Shown here piece after piece: positions 36,549 through 45,335 of a DNA stretch of 64,000 nucleotides (position 1 is the first letter of the stretch; each line of letters starts with the position of its first letter). The DNA is taken from assembly GCA_964637295.1 (NCBI GenBank), contig CAZWWE010000001.1:121808-185807 (forward strand), given 5' to 3'. A model generated the notes under the pieces. It was not told the DNA's origin, made no database searches, and saw only the letters and a list, made by a program, of their open reading frames with translations. The position numbers were made by a program, and so were the translations under genes. Source of the stretch: an uncultured Pseudomonadales bacterium. GTDB taxonomy: Bacteria; Patescibacteriota; Microgenomatia; UBA1400; PJMF01.

Positions 36549-37253
36549 ATGCGCCAAGCATTTCAAATCGCCATTGATGGTCCTGTGGCTGCGGGCAAAG
36601 GTACTGTTTCCAGACTTCTAGCTCAGAAACTAGGTTTTCTTTACGTAGATACTGGAGCCATGTATCGAGCTACCGCTCTGCTCGCTCTAAGAGAAAAAGT
36701 AGATCTTGCCGATGAAGAAAAAGTAGTCAATTTACTAAAAAATAGTAAATTAGAAATGCGTAATCCTCTGGCGCCTAAAGAGCTAGATGGTCGCCTCACT
36801 ACAGTCATTCTTAATGACGAAGACGTTTCTTGGGCTATTCGCACCCAAAAATGTGGCGATGGTTCTTCAAAAGTTGCTTTATTGCCGAAATTAAGACAAG
36901 TCTTGGTGCGCAAACAACAAGAAATTGCTGATCAACAAAACGTAGTCATGGAAGGTCGAGACATCACGTTTAGGGTGTTACCCACCGCTAATTTAAAAAT
37001 TTTTCTCACCGCCGATGTGCAGTCAAGAGCTTTGCGTCGTCATGCTCAATACCTCAATAAAGGTGTGAGCATTTCCCTGGCAGAAGTACAGCAAGAAATC
37101 AAAGAAAGAGATGAAAGAGATATGAAAAGAAACACTGATCCGCTGCAAATTGTCAAAGAAGCTTGGGTTCTAGACACCAGCAATTTAGAAATTCCAGAAG
37201 TAGTAGATTTAATTATCCAAAAAGTCAAAACTCTACAGCAAAAGCAGTCATAA
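36549..37253 (+). CDS. cmk: Cytidylate kinase (bacterial type)
   Basis: IAIDGPVAAGKGT, DTGAMYR, VMEGRDI, RDERD. Confidence 0.96.
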   Translation: MRQAFQIAIDGPVAAGKGTVSRLLAQKLGFLYVDTGAMYRATALLALREKVDLADEEKVVNLLKNSKLEMRNPLAPKELDGRLTTVILNDEDVSWAIRTQKCGDGSSKVALLPKLRQVLVRKQQEIADQQNVVMEGRDITFRVLPTANLKIFLTADVQSRALRRHAQYLNKGVSISLAEVQQEIKERDERDMKRNTDPLQIVKEAWVLDTSNLEIPEVVDLIIQKVKTLQQKQS

Positions 37254-37272
37254 ACAAAGCACTCATAATAAA

Positions 37273-37482
37273 ATGAAGAAAAATTATCAAACAGATCCAC
37301 GTTTGCTACAAGATCTTAATCAAAAAACCGCGCAAATTGAAGCCGCTTATTTAGCCAAACAGAGTAAAAAGCGTCAAAGAAAAGTTGAAAAAGAAGAGCT
37401 GAGTCAAAGATGGGTGGCTCCGCTATTATTGCTCATGACTCTCGTCACTGGTTTTTTAGTTTCACTCATTTTTAATCACTAA
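37273..37482 (+). CDS. Small protein with C-terminal TM
   Basis: 69 aa, basic N-terminus and hydrophobic tail; fills the intergenic gap. Confidence 0.55.
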   Translation: MKKNYQTDPRLLQDLNQKTAQIEAAYLAKQSKKRQRKVEKEELSQRWVAPLLLLMTLVTGFLVSLIFNH

Positions 37483-39888
37483 ATTATCAAAAGAATTATC
37501 ACCACAAGCTTGTTTGGGTTCAGTGCCCTTGATAAAAATTTCCTCAGTCACTCGAGGACATTTAGCGCAAGGCAAAGTGCCAGTGGTGGCGCAAATTTTG
37601 ATTTTAATCATGTTTTCAGGTATCAAAAAACGATGAGGTTTTTGATCATCTAAAAGCAAAAGCATAATTTTATTCCAAATTGGTGAAGCCCCAGTTATTC
37701 CAGAGGCAACGTAGCTCATGGGACTATTGTCATTATTGCCCACCCAAGTAGCGACTAAACGATCGGTAGTATAACCAATCGTCCAATTATCTTTCATGCT
37801 ATTGGTGGTCCCCGTTTTAACAGCCACTTGTTGATTAGGAATATTGAGCACAGAAAAAGCCCCAAAAGCAGGCGTGCGTGCTCGATTATCAAGTAAAATA
37901 TCAGTGATCAAATAAGCCGCCTTAGGGCTCAATTCAAGATTTTCATAACAATTACTTGTTTCCAAAGCACATTGATTGCGATAAAGCAGTTCTCCCTTGT
38001 AATTACTGATTTCTAAAAATGGATTAAGGGTAACTGGATAACCAAGATTGGCAAAGGTACTATAAACAGTTGCCAACTCCGTCATTAGTACTTCGCCTGC
38101 ACCCAAAGTTAAAGATAAGCCAAAACGCTTTCTATCTTGCCAAGTCTTGATGCCCAAAGCCTCAGCCTTATCAATTAAATTATTGACGCCCAATTCCGCT
38201 GCTAATTTAACAGCTGGAATATTATAAGAAGAAGCTAAAGCCTCTCTTAGGGTCACGCGCCCATGAAAACGACCGTCATAATTTTTGGGCGCATAAGGTT
38301 TACTGCCAGGAATTTGATAAACCACGGGCGCATCCTCAATGATTGAGGCCGCATTTTTACCTTTTTCAAAAGCTAAGGCATAAGTCAGCGGCTTAATTGA
38401 TGAGCCTGGTTGACGCGGACGAATAGTCACATTAACTTGCCCATCATGCACAAAATCATAGTAATTAGCTCCACCAATCATCGCTAAAATTTCACCAGTT
38501 TTAGGATTGGTCACCAAAGCAGCGCCATTGCTAATTTTAAAATTTTTTAATTTTGCCACCTCCGCTGTTACAATTTCTTGTGCTTGATTTTGTAAATCAA
38601 GATCCAGGGATGTTTTCACTTCTAAACCACCCTTGGCCACCACTTCTTCACCGTATTTTAAAGCTAATAATTTTCTGATATACATCACAAAATGTGGTGC
38701 TTGAATATCAATTTTATCTTGATTAAAAACTAAAATTTCTTGCTTTGCCTGATCAGCTTGTAATTGGCTAATGTAACCGTCTTCAACCATGCGACGCAAA
38801 ACTTCAGCTTGTCTTTCATAGGCTAATTCCGGATTAGCCCCAAAAGGCGTGTAAGTTGAGGGAGCTTGAGGTAAACCCGCTAACAATGCCGCTTCTGCCA
38901 AACTCAAATTCCGAGCCGACTTATTAAAATAACGCCAAGAAGCTTCTTCAATTCCATAAGTTGAACCACCATAAGGCACGGTGTTAAGATACATTTCTAA
39001 AATTTGCTCTTTGCTATAAATACGCTCAGCAATTAAAGATAATAAAAGTTCACGAATTTTACGGCGATAGGTTTTTTCATTACTTAATAAACGATTTTTA
39101 ATTAATTGCTGAGTAATTGTCGAGCCTCCCTGCATCGTTTCACCTGCAAAATTTTTTAAGACTGCTCTAAAAATACCTTTGAAAGAAAATCCCCAGTGCT
39201 TATAAAAATTTTGATCTTCAATAGCGACGGTGGCATCTTTTAGATATTGCGAAACTAAAGGCAAAGCAATCAAAGTCCGGTTTTCATCTTCATAAATCCG
39301 ATAAAGTAAATTACCATTTCGATCCAAAATTCTTGTAGTTAAATTTTGTTCTTTATTAGATAAATCTGTAGGAGAAGGCAAATCTTTGATCGCCAAATCA
39401 TAAAACAAATAAGAGCTGCCTAAAAAAAGTAAAGTTAAAAAAACTGAAGTTAAATAAGAATAAAAAATGGGCTTTTTTTTTGGCCGACCAACTTTACGAT
39501 TTAAATGAAAAAATCTTAAAAGGCGAATTTTAAAAAAAATTAATTGATCATTAAATTTTTTGCTTTTTTTTTGCAAACGTTCTCTAAGCAAAACAAAAAA
39601 ACGCTGCCACTTAATATAAAAAGGCAATTTTTTTCGACCACGACCTTTTTTAATTTTTAGAAATTTTAAAATTAAAATATATTGATAGATCAATTTTTTT
39701 ATTGATTTATCTATTTTTTTAGACAGTTTCAAAAAATAATTTTTTAACCACCTTTTAAGTTTGATCGTAATTGGCAATTTGGGGCGACCACGCTTAATCA
39801 ATTTAGTTGAAGAAACAGCTTCAAAAACAATTTTTTCCTGCTTTAATCTATTTTTTTTAGCTTTTTGCGAATTATTTTTTTGAGCCAC
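37462..39888 (-). CDS. Class A penicillin-binding protein with basic AT-hook-like N-terminal extension
   Basis: AIEDQNFYKH, GGSTITQQL, RKIRE, GSSIKP, SYN and KTGT motifs. Confidence 0.95.
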   Translation of the reverse strand: MAQKNNSQKAKKNRLKQEKIVFEAVSSTKLIKRGRPKLPITIKLKRWLKNYFLKLSKKIDKSIKKLIYQYILILKFLKIKKGRGRKKLPFYIKWQRFFVLLRERLQKKSKKFNDQLIFFKIRLLRFFHLNRKVGRPKKKPIFYSYLTSVFLTLLFLGSSYLFYDLAIKDLPSPTDLSNKEQNLTTRILDRNGNLLYRIYEDENRTLIALPLVSQYLKDATVAIEDQNFYKHWGFSFKGIFRAVLKNFAGETMQGGSTITQQLIKNRLLSNEKTYRRKIRELLLSLIAERIYSKEQILEMYLNTVPYGGSTYGIEEASWRYFNKSARNLSLAEAALLAGLPQAPSTYTPFGANPELAYERQAEVLRRMVEDGYISQLQADQAKQEILVFNQDKIDIQAPHFVMYIRKLLALKYGEEVVAKGGLEVKTSLDLDLQNQAQEIVTAEVAKLKNFKISNGAALVTNPKTGEILAMIGGANYYDFVHDGQVNVTIRPRQPGSSIKPLTYALAFEKGKNAASIIEDAPVVYQIPGSKPYAPKNYDGRFHGRVTLREALASSYNIPAVKLAAELGVNNLIDKAEALGIKTWQDRKRFGLSLTLGAGEVLMTELATVYSTFANLGYPVTLNPFLEISNYKGELLYRNQCALETSNCYENLELSPKAAYLITDILLDNRARTPAFGAFSVLNIPNQQVAVKTGTTNSMKDNWTIGYTTDRLVATWVGNNDNSPMSYVASGITGASPIWNKIMLLLLDDQKPHRFLIPENMIKIKICATTGTLPCAKCPRVTEEIFIKGTEPKQACGDNSFDNLVIKNE

Positions 39889-39932
39889 AATGGGGCTATT
39901 TTAGCATGTAAAAATGAACAAAAAGCATCAAA

Positions 39933-42140
39933 TTAAATCGGACAAGCACCGCTGTCACATTTGAGATGTTCTAAACTAATATCTTCTAATAATTCATTGT
40001 CTTCATCACTAATTTCATTAATCACTTGCATAAATTGGCCAATGGTCACTGCCTCTTCTGGCTGATATTCATAAGCTGTGACGTCAATCTTGGGCATCAC
40101 ACTACAAGTTTTAATTAATGGTTGATATTTACGAATCATATTAGAAAATTTACGATAGGAAACTTTTTCCGGATCATATTTCAAAGTGTATGAAACCTGA
40201 TTACCCTTATCTTCTGGCAAAGGTTGACCAGCTTCATCAACTCCCACAATCCAATATTTTTCGATCAACATCAGCCACTTATATTGTTCTTCCGGCGTTG
40301 CTTCGCTGGCCGTAATCAGTTTGTCATTCATCCCTAAACTACAAATTTCTGGCTGAGTAGGAAAACCAATGACCGTTGTACCCTGATAACTTTTCAGTTC
40401 TTTACTTGGATAGCCTAATTTCTGATATTTTTTGACCAAGGGATCGTCACTACTAAACTGCACCCAACGAATGTATTCGCGCATCGCAGGTAAATGTGCT
40501 CCTTCAGACAGACTAAAAAGTTTAGAAGTCGTCCCAGCCGGCTTGATAGTAGTGTTAGTGTGCGGCACATTAACTCCAAGTTTTTTGGCATAACTCATAG
40601 ATTCATCTTGAACAGCTCTTTTAAATCTAGCAATAGTCATCCAAAAATCTTTAGTTTTTTCTTCATCGATTAAATCACGAAAGCCATAACCAAAAGCATT
40701 CCAAGCATATTCATGAATACCAGTCATGCCTACTCCAATGCGATTGGTTCTTTTGACTTCACGCGAATACAAGCTGTCCATGTAAGTATTAACTCTCATC
40801 AAAGCACGAGTTGCCACGCGAAAAGCTTCTTCCGCAGCTTCAACATCTGGAGCATGATAAGGCACCACATCAGCAATTACACAGTATCCACCAAGCATAT
40901 TAAGAGTAATTTCACCACAAGGATTGGGAATTTGAGTGTAATATTTCGCTCCAGCATGTCTCGCCACTTCGGCTAACATTTTGACGGTTTTTTTCATCGG
41001 TGCAAATTTTTTACTTTTGGCATAGCGCCCATCTAAATAACCATCAAAACCCTCATCGTTTTGCACTAACTTGTGCTGATTAACCAAACCAGGTTCACCA
41101 GTTTTGTCAAAATAAGAAGCTCGCATAATCGCATCTAAAACCTTAATTGAATGCTGACTACGTTGCTTCCAAAATTTTTCATCCACCGCCACGCTGTTAT
41201 TAGCAGACCATAAAAAACCACCTTTTTTGATCGAAATAAACTCAAAAATATCTGGATCAGTCCAAGTTTTAACGGCAATACGGGCGGCGCGGCGCGCGCC
41301 GCCCACCAAAACACATTCTGATAAATAATGATCAACGTACAAAGCTTGCTTCCAAGGTTTCATTCCCGAACCTTTGATTGTGGCTACTTTTTGAATCGCT
41401 TTGATTAAAGGTCTTGGCCCTGAAGCCGGGCGACCCTGCATACCACCAATAGGCGAGCCTTTAGCTCTCACTTTACTAAAATCTAAAATCAGCGTATCGT
41501 TTTTGAATTTGCGCTCGTAAGCCATTTCTTCGATTTTTTCGACTGCTTGCGCCCAACCTTCTCTCGTATCCGGAATTTCAAACCAGTGGGCATTTTCATA
41601 CTTATGACGAGCTTCACGAGTGCTTTCATCATCACCCCACACAAAATCAGCGTGAGCGTCACTTAAAACACAACGCACGATCGGCATGTAATCCCAATCC
41701 ACCACCATTAAAGCATCGTCATAAGCTCGCCCCACTCCTGAGCCATTTAACAATAAATAAAATAACAAGAATGAAGAAGAAGCCGTACTGCAATTGGTAA
41801 ACACTTCCATGTTGCGTTCCGGCTGACTTTCGTCACCATGCTGTAAATGACGGCCACTCATCAAAAGCGAAGCATTGGCGATGTGTTTGCGCAATAATTC
41901 ATATTCACCCTGACGATCTTTTTTGAATTTTTCTGGTAATAAAGCAGCATTGCCCAAAGCCACGCGATGCGCCACATCTGCCCAAGTTTCTAATTCACCG
42001 TTTTGTTTAGTACGCAAAATAGTGCGCTTAGCTACAGCTTCACCCAAACCTTTGGAAAGTTTACGATCTATGAATTTCATTTTTTTCTTTGGTAGCTGAT
42101 TGTTAGCAATTTTTTGCGCCATCATATGCAAATCTTTCAT
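39933..42140 (-). CDS. nrdJ: Class II (adenosylcobalamin-dependent) ribonucleotide reductase
   Basis: FTNC, VGGARRAA, GEPG, NPCGEI, NRIGVG, TTIKPAGT, C-terminal CDSGACPI; downstream of nrdR; no beta subunit gene nearby. Confidence 0.88.
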   Translation of the reverse strand: MKDLHMMAQKIANNQLPKKKMKFIDRKLSKGLGEAVAKRTILRTKQNGELETWADVAHRVALGNAALLPEKFKKDRQGEYELLRKHIANASLLMSGRHLQHGDESQPERNMEVFTNCSTASSSFLLFYLLLNGSGVGRAYDDALMVVDWDYMPIVRCVLSDAHADFVWGDDESTREARHKYENAHWFEIPDTREGWAQAVEKIEEMAYERKFKNDTLILDFSKVRAKGSPIGGMQGRPASGPRPLIKAIQKVATIKGSGMKPWKQALYVDHYLSECVLVGGARRAARIAVKTWTDPDIFEFISIKKGGFLWSANNSVAVDEKFWKQRSQHSIKVLDAIMRASYFDKTGEPGLVNQHKLVQNDEGFDGYLDGRYAKSKKFAPMKKTVKMLAEVARHAGAKYYTQIPNPCGEITLNMLGGYCVIADVVPYHAPDVEAAEEAFRVATRALMRVNTYMDSLYSREVKRTNRIGVGMTGIHEYAWNAFGYGFRDLIDEEKTKDFWMTIARFKRAVQDESMSYAKKLGVNVPHTNTTIKPAGTTSKLFSLSEGAHLPAMREYIRWVQFSSDDPLVKKYQKLGYPSKELKSYQGTTVIGFPTQPEICSLGMNDKLITASEATPEEQYKWLMLIEKYWIVGVDEAGQPLPEDKGNQVSYTLKYDPEKVSYRKFSNMIRKYQPLIKTCSVMPKIDVTAYEYQPEEAVTIGQFMQVINEISDEDNELLEDISLEHLKCDSGACPI

Positions 42141-42165
42141 TTTTAATTACTTTATTGATACCAAA

Positions 42166-42334
42166 AATTAATTTAGTCCTTTAACATAAGACCATTTGTA
42201 GGAGCTGAATCCAAACATCAATAAAAAATCATGTTTATAGACAGCGACTGCAATGAGTGTAGAAGAAGATTGTTAACTTAAATAAGCTAATAATTTTCGT
42301 CTAACGTGTCTTATGTTAAAGGACTAAATTAATT
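42166..42334. repeat. Long-stem three-way-junction element family 2 (after nrdR) containing two inverted dif-like sites
   Basis: Perfect 27-bp arms 42166-42192 and 42308-42334; sites CTTTAACATAA-GACCAT-TTGTAGGAGCT (42179-42206) and TTTTCGTCTAA-CGTGTC-TTATGTTAAAG (42294-42321). Confidence 0.8.
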
Positions 42335-42781
42335 CTCTTTTAATTTTTTAATTTCATTTTCAAAGTCGGCTAATTCTCCAAAATCGCGATAAACACTAGC
42401 AAAAAGCAAATAAGAAAGTGGATCTAATTTTTTCAAGCGATTGAGTACTAAATTGCCAATCTCCCAACTCTTAACTTCAAAAACTTCTCTTTGACGCAAT
42501 TTGGCTTCTACATCCTCAATCAATAATTCTATTTGCAACATGCTCACTGGTCTTTTCCAAGTAGCTTTGATCAAGCCTCTTTTAATTTTTTCACGATCAA
42601 AATTTTCCTTAACCCCATCTTTTTTAATAACTTTTAAATCTACTCCTTCTACTTTTTCATAAGTCGTAAAGCGTTTTTTGCAAACTTCGCAAACTCTTCT
42701 GCGTCTGACGCTATCCCCATTATCTGTTTCTCTAGAATCAATGACTGCTGTTTCACTACTTTTACAAAAAGGACACTGCAT
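42329..42781 (-). CDS. nrdR: Transcriptional repressor NrdR
   Basis: MQCPFC, VIDSR, VRRRRVCEVCKKRFTTYE, ATP cone, FASVYRDF. Confidence 0.98.
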   Translation of the reverse strand: MQCPFCKSSETAVIDSRETDNGDSVRRRRVCEVCKKRFTTYEKVEGVDLKVIKKDGVKENFDREKIKRGLIKATWKRPVSMLQIELLIEDVEAKLRQREVFEVKSWEIGNLVLNRLKKLDPLSYLLFASVYRDFGELADFENEIKKLKEN

Positions 42782-42790
42782 AGCTTATAA

Positions 42791-42838
42791 TCTCAACTGG
42801 TAGTGTTTTTTATTTATCAAAAACACAAAATATTGTGG
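42791..42838. promoter_or_regulatory. Tandem NrdR boxes
   Basis: acacaaaatattgtgg (42823-42838) and tctcaactggtagtgt (42791-42806), 32 bp apart, resembling acaCwAtATaTwGtgt. Confidence 0.75.
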
Positions 42839-42903
42839 TTTGCTCAGTTGGGACTAAAAGGATCTCACGCCAGCTGGTAGCTTGTCAACTATGACAAACA
42901 AGA

Positions 42904-43482
42904 TCAGTTTTGCAAAGATTGATTCATCATGCTAAGTAGTTTTTTTTGGAGCACCTCATTTTGAGCAAAAAGTTCATCTAAAAAAGATTTGGCTTCATTG
43001 CTAAATTGATCTTGATTTTGCTCATAAAAATCAAGGTGCTTGTCACTCGCATTAACGATCGCTTTGACACTCAATTGATACCTTTGTTTTTTGTTCAAAC
43101 TAGCATTTTCCAAGAGAACAATGTTTTCTTCTAAAGCTTGATTAAGATATTTAATGGCCTTACTTAAAGTAGTAAAAGCCAAGTCTTGATCATTTTTTTG
43201 TAATAATTTTTTACTATAAAACAGGCGACGATTGGCATTAGAAACTAGAAGCTCCAATCTTTTATCGCTATCGGCTGATTCTAAACGCAAGCGGTCAATC
43301 ATCATTAAAAAAGGATATAAAGAGTGATCAGGCAAAATTTCTTTGGCAATGTAAAACTTACCAGCCACTAATTTTTCATGATTGACCAAGCGATGTTTAT
43401 TGGCTGATTGTAAAGAAAGTAAAATGATTGCATTCGCAAAAAAGATAGCAAAAACAATAAATAAATAATTAATCTTTTTCAT
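42904..43482 (-). CDS. DUF5667-like membrane-anchored protein
   Basis: N-terminal TM, ILPDHSLYP...DRLRL...ANRRL. Confidence 0.65.
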   Translation of the reverse strand: MKKINYLFIVFAIFFANAIILLSLQSANKHRLVNHEKLVAGKFYIAKEILPDHSLYPFLMMIDRLRLESADSDKRLELLVSNANRRLFYSKKLLQKNDQDLAFTTLSKAIKYLNQALEENIVLLENASLNKKQRYQLSVKAIVNASDKHLDFYEQNQDQFSNEAKSFLDELFAQNEVLQKKLLSMMNQSLQN

Positions 43483-43488
43483 AAAACA

Positions 43489-44166
43489 CTAAAAATGAAT
43501 TAATAAGGCCATGCCCCAAATTGCTTGCACCATCAATAATAAATATGCATTACGCTGGCGATAAAACAGTAGGGCTTGGCCAAGCGCAAAAGTAAACAAT
43601 AATAAAATTTGTAAAAATACACTCTGCATGTCAAAACGCAATAAAATATTGGGTAAATGAAAAAGTAAAAAAATTAAAGCAACGGTAAAAATTTGCTTCT
43701 GCAGAGACCAAGCAGAAAATTTTTCTTCAATAGCCTGCATCACAAAACTGAAAAAAAACAGTGTTTCCCAGAAACCAGTGAGCAGGGCTAAAAATAATTC
43801 CAGCCAAAACCAATCAGCCAAATAATAAGGCACAAATTCAACCTGGCCATTTCTGCTTAGAGAACCCAACAAGGCTGCTACAAAACCAAATAAACCGCCA
43901 ATTGCTAAACCCATTAATAAGCCTGATTTCATTTTTTTAAACGCAAAAGTGGCTAAAATACGCGTGTCGTGACTAATCGCAATATAACCTAAACTAGGCA
44001 AGGCAAAAAAAATTAATTTGCCAATACTTTCATCAAACCAAACAGGAAAATGAAAAATACTGCGATAAAAAATCCACAACAAAAAAGTCAATAATAAAAT
44101 TGGCAAAAAAGTTTCAGTTTTTTTAACTCCAGAAAGAGTTTTTGCTCTAGTTTTTTTTGATGGCAT
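43489..44166 (-). CDS. CPBP (CAAX/Abi)-like intramembrane protease homolog
   Basis: Multi-TM; GFWETLFF, FLLFHLP; motifs partly degenerate. Confidence 0.6.
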   Translation of the reverse strand: MPSKKTRAKTLSGVKKTETFLPILLLTFLLWIFYRSIFHFPVWFDESIGKLIFFALPSLGYIAISHDTRILATFAFKKMKSGLLMGLAIGGLFGFVAALLGSLSRNGQVEFVPYYLADWFWLELFLALLTGFWETLFFFSFVMQAIEEKFSAWSLQKQIFTVALIFLLFHLPNILLRFDMQSVFLQILLLFTFALGQALLFYRQRNAYLLLMVQAIWGMALLIHF

Positions 44167-44764
44167 TTAGGACAAGCTCTAAGGTTTTTTCTTTATTATT
44201 GGAAAAAGTATCAATTACTAAATCGTAGAGCTCTGGTCGCCAAAAATCAATTGCTGCTGTTGCTGGCAATTTTCCAGTCTCTACTACCCATTTTTGCCAT
44301 TCCTGATGATACATGCGTTGCCATTTTTCTAAATTACTTTGATAGCGACCTTGAATACTTCTTTTCGCCTCCGCCACATCGACGCCATCGCGATTGACGA
44401 TACGATCAACACGCACTGCATCGTCACTGCAAATCATCAAGACTTTTAAAGTGCCTGGCACGTTTTGCGCCATAAAACCAGAGAGCCATGATTCGATGAT
44501 CCATTTACTTTGAGTGCTGACTTTTTCACGAATACCATAATCGACCTGACGATCAAAGTCATCATTATAAACCGCGGCGCTGTGATGCGTAGTTTGGGCT
44601 GGATTAAACAAACCCTTTTCAATCGCATATGCTCGCATAAATTCACCGCCAGAAAAAGCCACCCATTGATCTTGACTTAGCTCTTCTTTGAGTAAGCCGA
44701 GCAAAGTGGTTGAACCACAACCTGGTAAACCAGAAATAGTGATGTTTCGATATTTTTGTTGCAT
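44147..44764 (-). CDS. Archaeal-type cytidylate kinase-like protein
   Basis: ITISGLPGCGSTT, SGGEFMR, DRQVD, IIESWL, YDLVIDT. Confidence 0.8.
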   Translation of the reverse strand: MQQKYRNITISGLPGCGSTTLLGLLKEELSQDQWVAFSGGEFMRAYAIEKGLFNPAQTTHHSAAVYNDDFDRQVDYGIREKVSTQSKWIIESWLSGFMAQNVPGTLKVLMICSDDAVRVDRIVNRDGVDVAEAKRSIQGRYQSNLEKWQRMYHQEWQKWVVETGKLPATAAIDFWRPELYDLVIDTFSNNKEKTLELVLNAIKKN

Positions 44765-44776
44765 AGTCTGTCCGAA

Positions 44777-45274
44777 CTACTTTCTATTTTTTATTTGTTT
44801 TGTTAATAAGTGAGTGGCAACCAATTGCATTGACTGAGCCATCATGTCGATTTTTTGCCTCGCTTCTGCTAGGCTCAAAGCTTGTTGTTCACTGGCAAAA
44901 TAATGAAAAACGCGATTGCGACATTGTAGCCAAGTTTCCCATAATTGTCTGGCAATTTCTCGACCAAAAACTGCTTCTACATTGTCATACAGCCAATCTT
45001 CATCTCTTTGTTGTGCTCGCACATCGGGATTAAAAGCGCGCCCAATGCGAAAACGTCGCCCTTGATAGGTTTCTTGATTAATTAAATTTAAATCAAAAAA
45101 AACTTTCTTTAAAAAACCTTCGTAGGCCTTGGACATCGGAAAAACCATGAAAGAAAAATCTTTTAAATCAAGTAAAAAATCTTTTTTTTGTAATAAAAAA
45201 AAGCTAACCTCAACCAATTCTTTTTGGTGTAAATCTAGATATTGATACCAAGCTGTCTGCTTCAGATCATCCAT
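44777..45274 (-). CDS. HEPN-domain protein (RnlA/RNase LS C-terminal-like)
   Basis: DFSFMVFPMSKAYEGFLKK helix and RNRVFH (RxxxxH) motif. Confidence 0.65.
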   Translation of the reverse strand: MDDLKQTAWYQYLDLHQKELVEVSFFLLQKKDFLLDLKDFSFMVFPMSKAYEGFLKKVFFDLNLINQETYQGRRFRIGRAFNPDVRAQQRDEDWLYDNVEAVFGREIARQLWETWLQCRNRVFHYFASEQQALSLAEARQKIDMMAQSMQLVATHLLTKQIKNRK

Positions 45275-45335
45275 GAAGTAATTATAATAGAATTGGCAAT
45301 AAATAAAAATAGCAAGCTAAGGGTATAATAAAGAC

